Of a DNA stretch of 64,000 nucleotides, positions 1-13,677 are shown piece after piece. This DNA is from Lingula anatina (taxonomy: Eukaryota; Animalia; Brachiopoda). The DNA lies in NCBI GenBank assembly GCA_051362555.1, contig CM120647.1, positions 8,060,001 through 8,124,000 on the forward strand, given 5' to 3'. The notes under the pieces were generated by a model, which saw nothing but the letters and a program-made list of their open reading frames with translations, did no database searches and was not told where the DNA came from. Numbering within the stretch: the stretch's first letter is position 1; every line of letters begins with the position of its first letter. The position numbers and the translations under genes were made by a program.

Positions 1-533
1 GCATGTGTTAGAGGGGTAGGGGGCAGGCCCCGTCGTCTGCGCCAATAGATCTAGAGACGGTGTAAAAACCAAGCGATGGAATCTTATGTGCTGGCCCTAG
101 AATGCTCTAGTTTCACAGTCTAATGCCCCCTTGTTAACCTCAATTTGTCAATACGTGTACGTTATCCTTAGCTAAATCAATAACGAATAAAAAATTAATC
201 TAAAATCGTGTCTCATTGTTGTCATACAATGGCCTATGAAAGGGGACGACACATTGGTTATTATTGACAATCTGCCTCACATCAATGAATTGTACGTTTA
301 TAATTCACTCAGAAAATCGTTTTTATATTTGAAGTCACACAGGACAAGACTTCGTGTTAGCAAGAGGTTGGATGGACATTATTTTTAACACAGTGTTTTG
401 TTTCTATTTCAAGGTCAATTCGAGCTCTTGTTACATAGGTGTTGCGTATAAATCCGCGCCGCGTTTATCTAAATAGCAAGACGATCGATTAAACGCTAGC
501 ATAGCGTCGACTGCTACAGGTAAAAATAAAACA

Positions 534-1823
534 ATGGTTAGCAGGCCGGTTTCATATTTATTTTTTAGCGTTATTCTAATAACACAAAATGGACACGAAA
601 CTGAAGCAGGGTATAACCACAACGTGGCATTCAAACCTGAGTGTGAGCGCAGAGGTGATTATATCCCAAGCAAGTGCGTCTACAACTGGACCATAGACTA
701 TCGTATGACAGGGGTGTGGTACAACACGAGGAGGAACACGGGAAAACCGGTCTTTAGGTATGATAATCCTGAGCAGTATTTCTACGGGGAACAGTCAAAC
801 TGCACACGTCTGACGATGTCCGAGTCCGGTGAGTTTATCCCATGATTACTTAGCATGGATAGATCATAAAATGCATTAGGCAATGACGGCTTTTTATATA
901 TAATTATATACTCCACCACAAGCGCTTAAAGGTATAAAGTACGCATAGAATCCCCATCGATTAATTAATTATTAAAGTAAGTAATAAATTACTTAATTAA
1001 CTAACAACTAAAATACAGAGCAGCTGATCTTGTTTTTTCTCTCTCCAGACCTTGACGATGTCATCATGACCGACGGAGGTTACCGTAGAGTCATCACCAT
1101 TAACGGGCAGTTTCCCGGGGAGACAATAGTGGCTTACAACGGAACGCAGGTATGTAACAATTAACATGTCATGTGAGAATGACAACGTTCTATCTCCATT
1201 ATTGTTTTTTTTAACCCGGAGAACATCGAAAGAAAGCTAAATACAGTGATGGTATTTCCTCAATTTATTTTGTGTCAATTTTCTCTTGTTTATTTATAGG
1301 GTGTTGATTAAGGTCAATTTGAAATTTTTCCCCCGAATGCGGTTCGCATTTGAAAAAATCTTCGTTCGGGCTCATTCTTCTTCATTACTGCTGATTCCGA
1401 ATAAGTGTGACGGGGGTATTACGTTGACATTGTTAAAACACATAAAGACATTTGCAATAACTTTTTCGTTTCAGTTGATAATCAGTGTCACTAACAATCT
1501 AGAAGAAGAAGGTGTGTCCATCCATTGGCATGGCATCGTGCAGAGAAATACTCCATACATGGACGGCGTGGCTCGCATATCACACTGCCCAATCAACCCC
1601 GGGGAGACATTCGTGTATAGGTAAGGTTATCCGTCACTACCCAATCACATTTGTCGATATATTCTTTTGTTTGGCGTATATGTCAGTCCCAAGTCTTCCG
1701 CCTGGAATTTTATTTGTATGCCATAACAATCCTACATTATTGCTTTTCTGAGAGTCGCCATATTTGATCCGCGGATCTGTTAGTCCGCTGTTCTGAATGC
1801 GCTCTAAATGTGTGTGTGTGGGT

Positions 1824-1878
<55 letters not shown>

Positions 1879-2156
1879 CGACAGAGCGTGAGAGCGTTTA
1901 TTGAGATGACACATAACATCACATACTGCATGTAGAAGATTATAATTTGGCCATGATAATAATTCAAATAAAGATATTTCTATGTTTTTTGTTGGTAATA
2001 TAATACTATGAATATATAATATGTGTCATCAGGTTCATAGCCTATCCCCCAGGGACCCACTGGTACCACGCCCACCTGGGGAGTCTACGATCTGACGGTC
2101 TGCATGGGGCACTTGTGGTCATAGATCCTGCAGAGGAGAGAACCAAGGTGATGGGT

Positions 2157-2198
<42 letters not shown>

Positions 2199-5100
2199 GG
2201 TGATGATGATGATGACTAATTTATTATTATTATCATTATTATTAAAACCCTTATAAGGTTAATGAGATTGAAGCTATACCCTTATACATGTAGTGCAAAT
2301 AAAGCTGCATATTGAAGACAATGTATCTATCGATTTGTAGATATTGTATATGTAAAAGTGAAACTTGAAGGAATGAATACAACTTTGTCACCGATATTTT
2401 AAAGGCAATGTTCGAAGGTCTGTTTTCAGTATGGGTGAAACAAATATATTATTGATGTTATTTCTATAAGGCTTTTCTATAAGGCCTTAAATAAAATGTA
2501 TTATTGATGTTATTTCTATTAAGGCTTTTGAAAGCGTGGAGTGGATATTGTTTGTTACATACGAGACCTTTGTTAGACTTATTGTTTTACCATCGATTTT
2601 TTTTTTTTTTTTTTTTTTTTTTGCAATCAATTCATCATACGATGGCGTGCATTATGGCTCCATGACTATTTGTGTGGAGAAATGACGTGCTTTAGTACTT
2701 CAACGTTTTTAGGCTTGAGATTCATTTATAAGAATACTCCGTGGCTGAATTAATACGTTATTTGGTTTTAATCCCTATCAACCGATAAAACTATTGATTT
2801 TTTATACACTTTGTTAATATATGGATTGTAGCACGCAGTAAATTATTGAAGGTCTTGGGTTTGTTGTTCAGTTAACGATTCATTCACAATCGTTCCTTTT
2901 TAACCCGTTGACACATCTTGCTTTAATAATTTTTCATGGCATTAAACGAGACAACTTTCTATGTTCCCCAATTAAGTTACTTTATCTAAAGCTGTTACTC
3001 ATATAGCCAATAAGGTGATGTGTTTTTCCGCTTTGGAGTGAATCCCCCGGATTTCTTACTGTTTTAGAAAATATCACCAGCCCAGTTCTATTTTTTAGTC
3101 AGTATGGGAAATCGTATTAGTGGTAAATGGCACAGACTGTGTTATTTGTCTTCTCTATTTTTGTCACATTAATTTACTCTAGAGTGGTCACCAGCTCAGC
3201 TGGTCAATATAGCCTGTAACAGTGTGATTGCATGTTTCAAGCTATTTAGACCTATAACCCGTGACTAAATTTGTGAACGCTTTTCTTCCAAGGGATTTCG
3301 ACATTTCAGGATTTCCACGTCCCTTAATTTTTTAATTTAATAATTATCACTCTGTTGATTATGCTTTATTGTGACGCAAGTACAGACGCTTTAAAGTGCT
3401 AAATCCTGACCCCAGTTTCACAAAAAAGCAGGTTCCAGGGCTTAGACTTAATTAGCCAGGTTACATGGTCACATGGACACATCTTACCCTATCAGGAACA
3501 GTGTTACAGCACTCTCATGGAAATCCTGGTAAACTAAGCCAGGGAACTGACTTAAGTACTTTTTGTAACAGCTGACTGGTTTGATTTTCCAGGCGAAGAA
3601 AGATACCGACGTCACCATGATACTGACTGACTGGTTTTCACAGGACACCTCCACGATAGCTTCCAATGTTATTTGGGAACTAGAGCGCTTTGCGCCTTTT
3701 ATGCAAACCTCACCCTCCATCCAAGGCAGTTTTAGGGAAGGGACGTGTTTTTATCAAACCAAGCAACACGATGGGATGGACATAGGGGTGTGGCCAGTTC
3801 AGTCCATTCTGGTCAATGGAAAAGGTGAGGTCATTGACTAGTACAAGTAGTAGCAGTCGTTTTATTAAGCCCCCTTTACACTGGACGGTTTCCTTTTTGC
3901 CTCCAGCAGTACGGCCCCATTTGAAAGTTAAAAAATTATAATACTTTACGTGCCGACAACTGGCCGATCGTTGAGCATTCATTCTGATACAAAATCAATA
4001 CTTGTGCCTCCTTATTAAGACCACATGTAGCGATGCCAAATTTCATGGTCGCACAAAGGACGCAGAAAGGACGCCGTCCAGTGTAAAGGGGGTATTGCCG
4101 GAGAGGATCCAGGATTACTTGCTAAGTCGACCCCTTTGGCGTGGGTTTCGGGACCCGCTGATATTTTGGTATTTTAGAGAGCGAACGGTGCCATTTGGTA
4201 CGGTTTAGAACTATGGTTCAGCTAGTCAAAATTCTAATTTCAGGAGGAAACCCTTGGTGGGTTTTTTTCAGACGTCGGGGGCGGGGCAGACCCCCCCCTT
4301 TAACCCCCTAAATCCACCACTGGTAAGAGTTGAAGAAGTAGTAGTAGTCTCTGACCTTGCTAGAAGTCTCTTGCAAAATTATTTTATATTATACTTTACC
4401 AGCCCAAAGGAGCACTACCCAATTAATCCACTGCATATCACACAATACAGCGGTGCAACAGACATGGTAGCAACACACGTGACTACACATTTCTGAAGTC
4501 AGATATCTTATGTGAGAACTGAGTTAAAAAAAGAACGCATTTTCACTTTTTTTTACCTAGGTATACCTGTATTATTGCAGGCACCGTATGTAACGCAACC
4601 CATGGGACTTCCAGATATAATTGTAATGAGAGACTGGAGGAGTTCATAGTACCCAGGCATAAGAAAATCCGAATTCGGATCATCAACGCAGCCACCCAGT
4701 ATGCACTTAAAGTATCAATTGACAGCGTAAGCCTTGACATTCTTTTCAAGTATATATACAACTATACTGGTGATTTACTTTAAGATATCATTTATCTTTT
4801 TTATTTCAACTCGATATTTTATTGTCTAAAGTTTTAAAAGACATTTTGTAAGTGCATGTCTTGTGGACACTTGAAGTGATTGATTTAATAATTGAATAGA
4901 TGAATAAATAACTATCAAAATGTATTGAATAAATAAATAAATAAATAAATAAATAAACAAGTTAATCAAAGCCCCGCATGATGAATGTTCTGTAAAACAT
5001 TTTTTCTGTAAGCAAACAAAGAGCGATAGATTTCAATGTACTGTACATAAGCTTTTTTCTGAATCGTGAATCCCAAAATTAGCATAATTATATATTTGCA

Positions 5101-5848
5101 ATATACACCATGTAGCTCACCTTCTACATGGTTTTAAATAAATAAAAAAAGAAAAAAAAGAAAACAGAAAACAGAAAAAAGAAAAAGAAAAGAACAAAAG
5201 TCGTGCACTTCCTGTCGTACGCTGAAATCATGAAAATGTCGTTTTCTGTGAAAAACAGCAAAATATTTTTTTTTCGTTATCTTCTTGCAGCACTCCATGA
5301 CGGTGGAATCCATGGACGGCAACGCTATTCAGGGAACGGAAGTATTAGACTACCTCATCATTCACACCGGTGAGAGATATGACATAGAGGTCGCCACTGA
5401 TCAGTACAGGCAGGCTCCAATGCAGCCCGTAAATGATGGACATTTTTGGATACGAGTGGAATCTTTGGAGGAATTTGACCAGCCAAATCAGAATGTAATG
5501 TTTTCAGTGTTTTATTAAATTATTTATTTATCTATTTTTTAGCGGACAAGATATCCGAAATATTTGTCATAGATTTTGAAGCAATTAAAATTTGGCCATT
5601 TATTCACCTTCAACACTTTGGAAGAGAATGCAGAACTTATATCTCAGATTTTGTGTTTATTTCTTTGCAGTTACGAAATATAATTACTCCCAAAACCGGC
5701 TGGGCGGTTTTAAAGTATGAAGGAAGTCCACCCAGACGTAAACCCTTTACAACACCCAAGCAATGCCCAGTTTCTAATCCATGTGAGATCCTGAACTGCC
5801 CTTTCCGGTAAGGAAAATATAAACTTGATTTTACTGCACACACACACA

Positions 5849-5888
<40 letters not shown>

Positions 5889-8800
5889 GACAGCGGTGAA
5901 CTATGATATCATCTGCCTATTTATTAACGAACGCTTTAGCCTGTGAAGATCAAGTGGTGCGATATAATGTATTTCAAAACTAAACATTTTTGGAGAAGGG
6001 GGGGGGGTAGCCGTCGTCGAGCATTACCCAGAATTGTTAGTAATAACCCACTTTGCACTGGATGGCGTTCTTTGTGCGTCCTTTGCGCGTCCATGAAAAT
6101 GGCATGGGTGTGGTCGTAGAAAGGAGGCACAAATATCGCCTTCGTTGCAGAAAGAATGCTCAATAATCTACCAGTTGTCGGCACGTAAAGTATTACATTT
6201 TTATTTTTGCTCTCTAAACGGGGCCATACTACGGGACTCAGAAAGGACGCCATCCAGTGTAGATGGGGCTTAAGCTAATGTTATATGTTTATATAGGGAA
6301 TACAGGCCCAAGGGAAGCAATTATTACACCTGTATACCAATAAGTAGGACCCGAGCTCTTGGCAGCCTTATAGACCGAAACCCAGTGCCTATGCCCACCT
6401 CCGCCGACAACTTTCAGCAGATATTCCTTAACTTTCATTTCTCGGGTAAGTTGCTTCTATAAAATGTTTATGAATAAACAATTTCATTTGACCGCTTCGA
6501 AAGAGCAAATTTTGTTCGATTCTAACCATTAAATGGGTCAAAATCCTTTCTGTAAGCGGTCCAAGACGGGTGTGACAGGGGATTTATCATAACAGGGGAT
6601 TTATAACTACTACCTCTACTTCTTAAGTTGTCTCATCTTCTCTAAGTGGAAAAGTACAAGAACTGTTACATAAATGAAATAAATATAACCGTACATAATT
6701 TACAAAGAAATCATTCGCTACATATCCTTGTGTGACAATAACAGTAGTTTTAAAAAGATACTGACACGGGCATTCAATTATATGTATATTGCTAACATTC
6801 AGGTTATATCCTTCAACATTATGACTTCAGGTTCCAAGGCACTCCGATCATCTATTAACGGTCACTTGTTTCGCTTTCCCAGGGTACCCCCACAGGTACG
6901 GTTGTCATGCGATTACCTCACTAATTTTTTTTTTTTGGGGGGGGGGGGCAATAAAGAATAGAATAGAATAGAATAGAATAGAATAGAATAGAATAGAATA
7001 GAGAAAAAATAGAAAAGGATTGGCTCATAGCATTTATGGTAAAAATTCACAGATGAATATATGGCCTTGAAAAAGAATTGATGTAAAGCATTGCATAAGG
7101 AGTATGAGGCAAATGCTCAGTGTATCCTTCAGGCTTGAAAGACGCAGTCAATCCAGTCCACACCACATGAAGTATATAATGTCATATTAATGTCATATAC
7201 CCAACCGTTAATTGTTTAAAATGTTTTTTTTCTAGTTGTACCCGGAGCGCGACACAAATTATGAGTGCGACGAGCCTTGCACCGGGGATTGCTACTGTTC
7301 GTACACGGAGAAACTGAAGTTAAATAACGTCATCCAGCTCGTCCTGATTAATATGGGCATAGGTAGGATATTTTGTTTTTTCATTTAATGGAAAAATAAA
7401 TGAGCAGATCAGTAAAATAACTGGATGGTTGATGTGGACTGGTACCCTGATTACGTTGTAAACAAAATGCCCACACAGTTTATAATATGACTCTACCTCG
7501 ACAATCTTGAAGTTCAGTCATCTACGCTGACCACGTCCCCTTACGTAGAGTTTTACAGCGGGGAAAAAACAAACGATACGTCAATAAATATACGCTTTGG
7601 TTACTTAGTTTTCACCATAATTTCGTTAATTTTTGTTATGATAAAGTTTTGATATAGCGTTTCTCGCTCATGCGACTGCCTTAAATGTTAGCTAATAAAT
7701 TAATTTGGTGATCAAGGTCAACCGGGAATGGCGCATCCGGTACACGTACACGGCCACCATTTCCACGTGCTCAAGATAGGCTACCCAAAATACGACGCCA
7801 ACTTCCGGTATCTGTCCGACACCGACGATATAGTGTGTGACGACCCATTCTGCAGCAGCGCTCGGTGGAACGACTCCACCTGGGACGACTATCGGGCGTG
7901 GAACGGTAGTTTGAGGGTCATCAGGCCGATTTCTGACATAAATAACACCGAGAATGCGACAGCTGAACCGTGGATTCCGGAAGTGAATGCGGTCGACCCC
8001 CCGTTGAAGGACACCGTGATTGTGCCAGTTGGTGGTTACGTGGTGATTCGCTTCAAAGCTGATAACCCAGGTAAATTTAATTTACTTTTTTTTTATTTTG
8101 GCCGAGGTGACTTCGTGGCCAGGTTTTATCCAAGGCTGGGATATATTCTGAACTTGAGATAGTGATCGACCCCGTAAGCCGAAGGCGGAAGTAAATGATC
8201 CCAATTGAGAGTTGAACCTATCCAAGAGGTGACCGAAACACAAAGTCTATATAACTGCTTTGTAGAACGATCGCAAGATTTAAAGCTAATTGAAAAAATT
8301 AAGATACAGGACTTCTTCACTGACATATCTAGCTCGTGTAGTGTCGATGGAGATCCAACAATAGACATGAATTAAGGCATGAGCTCGATGTAACAGTTTC
8401 CTTTCTGCGTGAATTAGCAAACTGTAAAATATGTATCACATCAGTTTTTTTTATTAAATTCATAATACATGTTATAAATGGTATTATCGCCGACGACTAT
8501 TTAGCACAGTTCACTTGAAGACAAGAACTCAGTGTAACGGTTGTCTTTCTACTACAATTAACAAACTGTAAAAATGCATCACATCAAATTGTATTACATT
8601 TTATAATAATAAACATTTATTAAAATATAATGATTAATAGCTTAATATTTTGTTTCATTATATAATCGTTTTCTCGACTTTCGACTTTTTAAAAATCGAC
8701 AAAAAGTATTTAAAAATCAATGAAAAAGCATATTATAAATATAATATGTACAATTACGGTACACTTTCAGTACTACTTAAAGTAGCGTAAACGTTATCTG

Positions 8801-9169
8801 ATGGCCACATCGTCCTTTCAATATTTCTTTCATCATCTAATATCATTATCTCTTTGTTTGTTTTCTCGACTTTTTTTGCCAGGTTGGTGGTTTGTCCACT
8901 GCCATTTAGAGTTCCATTACCTAGAAGGCATGGCCATGGTGCTGCAGGAAGGTGAACCATCAGAAATGCCCCCAGTACCCAGCATAATTCCAAAGTGTGA
9001 GGATTTTGAAATGAGCGACAAAGAGTTTGAAGATGTCCTGAAATGGAAACCCAAAGTGACAATTGTAGGGTCGTCCAAGGATAAAAAAGCGTCCGGCGCA
9101 GCACTGCCTCATTTGCATTATTTTCTCCCTCCACTGATGTTTGCCGTATATGTCGCCTACAGTTGGTAG
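534..9169 (+). CDS. Laccase-like multicopper oxidase, copy A; 13 exons: 534-828, 1049-1149, 1475-1620, 2033-2147, 3593-3824, 4581-4726, 5291-5494, 5671-5807, 6297-6445, 6831-6895, 7236-7362, 7717-8070, 8883-9169
   Basis: Exons join in frame through GT-AG introns. All four Cu motifs are present: [24 protein letters not shown] and [15 protein letters not shown] (T1 Cys/His, axial Met). Also INGQFPG, GERYD and [20 protein letters not shown]. Hydrophobic N-terminal signal peptide and hydrophobic C-terminal tail. Confidence 0.95.
3869..4093. mobile_element. MITE (ccccctttacactggacgg...ccgtccagtgtaaaggggg); related older copies ~6045-6270 and ~24355-24553
   Basis: TIRs present. Found in intron 5 of laccase A only, whereas the intron-8 copy is shared by both paralogs. 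Confidence 0.7.
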
Positions 9170-9691
9170 CTTAAAAGCAATGAATGTACGTGTATCTGGC
9201 GGCCCTGTTGGTCTTTCATTATTTTTGCCGTCGGTTATTATCTAGACATTTCTCTTTGTTTATGGGACGTGACCAGCTGGACCTAATTACTTAACTCTAT
9301 TGTACCATACAGCACTGTATTATCTACAATGGTACTTAATTGTATTTTACTGTAAATTTGATATGTGAGTGAAATTATGTTATAAGGAAGTGTGCAGTAG
9401 TATTTATACAATGGTATGTATGTCATTACTTTTGTCTGTGGTTCATTTTGTATTTGTCTTTGAACTGGTTATATATATATATATACTTATATACTTATAT
9501 ACTAAATAAACTTATATACTTTGTTTTTTGGAAATGTAAATTATGCATATGTGTACATAAATTGCATATAAATTGCATCAATCTGAAAACTGGCCCCCGT
9601 TTTGAAACCTGGCCCCCTTTTCACAAAAAAAAAATAATAAAATAAAAAAAAATTAAAAAAATAAAATAAAATAAAATAAAATAAAATAAAA

Positions 9692-9726
<35 letters not shown>

Positions 9727-10216
9727 GCTTAAGTCGGGTTCCCTGACTAAGAGCTTGGTTACCAACGTAATTAAGTCGCCTTTACATCATTCATGATTCG
9801 TGCCATTTTGTGATTTAGCACGGTTATGTATACAGTATGGTGGGTATCAAAATATTTCAAAGAACGTACATGTAGCAAGACATATCTGTTTCGCCGAATG
9901 AGAGAGAGAGCAAAGTTTGTTTAATATTGGTCCGCGTGTACCAGTCATATCACCATGCATTGTTCGTATATTTAAGTGAAATAAGTTACTTAATCCACAA
10001 CTTATTACGCGAAAAAGAACGCATTTTAATAATTTTAATAATAATTAACTGAAATAAACTACCGGCGGTAGACATTAGCATTAGCCTGAAATAAATGTGT
10101 ACGGAAAATAATAGATAACGAATTGACAAAAAGTGTGCTTAACCTGAAAGATGAAATTTGACATTTTCAGACAATTTCAGTAAAAAATATTTTGTGTCAA
10201 GAGTAGCAGAAACAAA

Positions 10217-10247
<31 letters not shown>

Positions 10248-12256
10248 AGATAATTTCTATGTTATTTCAAACAAAAACTGTATATAATATTACGAGAGGT
10301 TTTCTTCATAGTCTTATTAGGTCCAAGCGTGGAGTAACCGCTAAAACTGCGGTGATAAACTTTATTTGACCCGATGTCAGTTGAAGGCCCACCAAGCTTC
10401 GCATTGTGTTAGAGAGGCCTGAAGCACAATGACAAGATGGGGGAGTTGGTCCGCGTTTTTATGGGGTTGGTTCTCCTTTGCATTGCACACTCCAATTCAT
10501 GTCACAGTTGGTTAGTAAGTTTAATATCAGGGCTCAACATATCGTGTTTTATATTAGAGTAATCCATAATAGAGTGTTGAAATCAATAAATCAAGTTTTA
10601 TCCTCGCAATTCACTCTAAAATACCATACGACAGCAATATGAATTCTACTGGTAAGAATAGTTTATCAAATACATGTTCACAAATTAGAATTATGTTTAG
10701 GGATAAAATATACATGTACCTCTAGGGATCAGTAGGTTTATGTCTGGCCATAGCTGTATTTTACTCTGGTCTAATAAAAGTGTAGGTATTTATATGTACA
10801 AGTAAACTTTGGTTTAACCGGACTATAGGGGAGGAACGTAAAAAACTACCGTTTTGTTGACAAAGCTGCAAGTAAGATTATTAAAGGACAGATGTCCCAG
10901 GCTAAAGACTTGGCAAGCGAAAATAGAGAGCGCATTACATAGAAAAGCTGCTTTTCTAACAGTACTAGCAGTTTTTGATGGAGGTGTTTACGCTGATGTC
11001 AGGAATTTCATTTGTCTGTAAATAAGAAATTTGTGGCTGTTCAAACAGCTGTTGTGTAAACATTATCGAATTTTTGCAGTAGTGTGACTTCATAATAGTC
11101 GAAGAGTGTTTATCTTTCAGGTAGACTTTTTCACGCGAATTGCGTCGCTTTTTATCAGCAAATACATCTGCGCTTTTGTCATGCATAGAGCATAGAGTGT
11201 TTTGTCGTCCTACGGGATCTTATTTTTGAAACCAATATTTACACGACTGGCATTTCTTAATACTTTTACTTTCAGAGCAAACACCCTAATGAAAATTGTG
11301 GGCAAACATGTTGAAAGTACTAAACATACAATGTAGGACATGTCACACTATTGCCACAATTCGCCCAAAACTTCTTATTCACTGCTTAACATACACTCTT
11401 TTGGGTAATTAATAAATCTTCAGTGATCAGTGACTAAATTAATTAACATATACACATATAAAATCTTGTTCAGCAGGCTTGAAGTTACCCCTCAAAATAG
11501 AAAGGTGTTAAATTAACGATTAAGGTTCTGAGACGCCTTATACATGCTTATACATTACAACGAAAAATCTAAACACCGATATTTTATATATTCAGGTTTT
11601 TTTCATCGTTTTAAATCAGCACAAAGATAGTTGCATTATTGAACAGATAGATATCAGATACAAATTATTTTCGATATTTGGACGACAATAAACGGTTACA
11701 ATATCCTTAAACAAACGATTTACTTCCCAATCTCACACGAGAAGAGAAAAACATAAAGAAAACAAAATAGATTGATGTACTATTGTGAAAAACTTTCCTA
11801 ATTCTTAACTGCTATACACCAAAGAGGTAGGGTCCACAGATACCCGATAAGGGGCCTACGTTGATTGTTTGGAGAGTAAATCATCCAGTGCAGAATGTCG
11901 GCTAGAAGAAAACAAAGTCTGATATTCAGTTCACATCATGCATCTATATTCTAAGAGTGGACGCAGTCTTTGAAACTCACGGCAGAACTAATATTATATA
12001 AAATACCCAAACATTAAAAAAAATCCTTGAGGGCAGGGAGTGAACGCTTCCACTTTTTTTTTGAAGCTCAGGATCCATTGTTGTTAGTGGAAAATGCATT
12101 AGTAATTTAAGCTCGTCCTTTAAATTTCGTATTGCACACATATTTGGCCGTATTTCTAATGGAGTGTTGATTTAAGGCATGTGACATTCAGTCAATTCAA
12201 CGACATGAAGGCAACGTCAATACAACTCTCTCCTTCCTTGTTTGAGAGATATCTTT

Positions 12257-12520
12257 TCACGTTTTCCATGTATTCTTTCTGTCTCCAGCGTAGAGGTCCA
12301 CCGAGAGAATTTCCAATTTTAAACACATCGTCTTCAGTTTAACAAGGGTCTCTTCCTGGCGCAAGAAGACATCGTTTAACTTTGATCTCAGGACAAGGAT
12401 GGACTTTTCAGCCCTCTGATGACTCACATCTGACTCGTCACAGGGTGCGGGCGTTGTTTCCTTTGTCGGGGGAATGTCTTTGTCTTCAATCTGTGTTTTA
12501 TATTTCTTACTGCTCTGCAT
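12257..12520 (-). CDS. Candidate small coiled-coil protein exon (87 aa, MQSSKKYKTQ...NTWKT), unknown function
   Basis: Minus-strand polypyrimidine tract plus TAG acceptor (ttttttatcttccgtag) 10 nt upstream of an ATG. Protein-like composition with Leu-rich heptad spacing. No family recognised. Confidence 0.35.
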   Translation of the reverse strand: MQSSKKYKTQIEDKDIPPTKETTPAPCDESDVSHQRAEKSILVLRSKLNDVFLRQEETLVKLKTMCLKLEILSVDLYAGDRKNTWKT

Positions 12521-13179
12521 TTTTATCTTTCTACGGAAGATAAAAAATATAATATAGAAATGCAGAATGAAGATGCAATGTGACATTCTTTGTTTACATA
12601 TCGGTTGCATTCTTTAATCAAATTTATTTTCTTTCATATTTGACATCGTGAGCCACTCCCCAGTGCTAGAACAATAAATGGTGAAAAGACGTAGTCATAT
12701 GAAAACCAACAACAGCAAAAACACCCAAAACATGTAAAATGTCAATCATATGTATACGTGTAGTTTGTGTTAAATCGGAGAATGTCGCTTTCAGTTTATG
12801 ATGTTGTTAGTTATTGTATCAATAGATATATGGAATTTCCAAGCTGGCATCTATCTAAGAAGGAAGATCTGCGTATGCTTCTAATCACTGCAAAAACAGA
12901 AATTTTGAGTCATACTCACGTTAATGTCGAGCTCTTCATACATGTACTAGGATATCGATTAGTAAGCCGTTAAGATATGGGACTGGATGTTGCGTGAAGC
13001 AGGAACAAAGAACGTGTCTTATAGTGTCACAATCAATTTTACCATGCAACAATAAAAGAATTATCCATGAATAATGATAAAAACAACAATGAGGGACGAT
13101 TATGTGTTCACTTAACCAATGACATATTGGAAATATTTGGTTAATCATCTTATAGTCCAAAGGGTAGAAAAAAGTAAAA

Positions 13180-13518
13180 CCGAAACAATCGGTTTTTATG
13201 CTAGTGTTTGACCTTACCTATGAAAGGATTTGTCAAAATGTTGAAATTCTATGAGATATTGCATTTTGAAATTTGCAAAATTTTCACTTTAAAAGGCTCT
13301 GTGACCTTGAAAATTGGGTCAAGGTCAATGAAATTGGGTGGACCGGAATAACTTTTTATAGGCTATCAGTATTAATTTTTTCAGAATTTTAGAAAGACGA
13401 AAAATAATAAGAAGAAGAATAATAACAGGAAAAACATAGTATTCCCCTATGGGGAATCCTAATAATAATAATAAGAATAATAACAGGAAAAACAATAGTA
13501 TTCCCCTATGGGGAATCC

Positions 13519-13520
<2 letters not shown>
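13180..13520. mobile_element. Helentron/HINE-like non-autonomous repeat
   Basis: tgaccttga...tcaaggtca inverted motifs, AAT/AAG microsatellite, and a duplicated 3' palindrome attcccctatggggaat. This architecture is typical of HINE/DINE-1-like elements; the family call is inferred. Confidence 0.5.
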
Positions 13521-13573
<53 letters not shown>

Positions 13574-13677
13574 TATAATAAAAGTAATAATAATAAATAA
13601 ATAAATAAATTTTGGACATCTCATGCTGCAAAATTAAGCAAAAGTACGGGAATTAAACGGGAATTAGTTAACATTTA

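Noticed and set aside
4543-4761. Minus-strand ORFs conserved between paralogs (e.g. 4543-4761/21872-22066, 997-1185/16864-17073, 34409-34684/45202-45438)
   Set aside because: Antisense shadows of real + strand exons.
6791-6830. Upstream CAG (6800-6802), conserved in both laccases, as an alternative exon 10 acceptor
   Set aside because: It is 28 nt upstream and out of phase with exon 9, and too close to the gctaac branch-point-like motif. The downstream AG is the one that keeps the frame.
10880-12123. ttaa|aggac...gtcct|ttaa as a possible Kolobok-like element
   Set aside because: The inverted match is only about 5 bp beyond TTAA, which is insufficient support.
13405-13520. Repeated palindrome attcccctatggggaat with a spacer, superficially CRISPR-like
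   Set aside because: Only two units, the spacer is itself repeated microsatellite, the context is eukaryotic and there are no cas genes. It is a duplicated TE terminus.
13325-13624. Poly-Ile, poly-Thr/Val and (YI)n ORFs here and at 21267-21602, 22329-22684, 36300-36482 and 48014-48236
   Set aside because: Simple-repeat translations.
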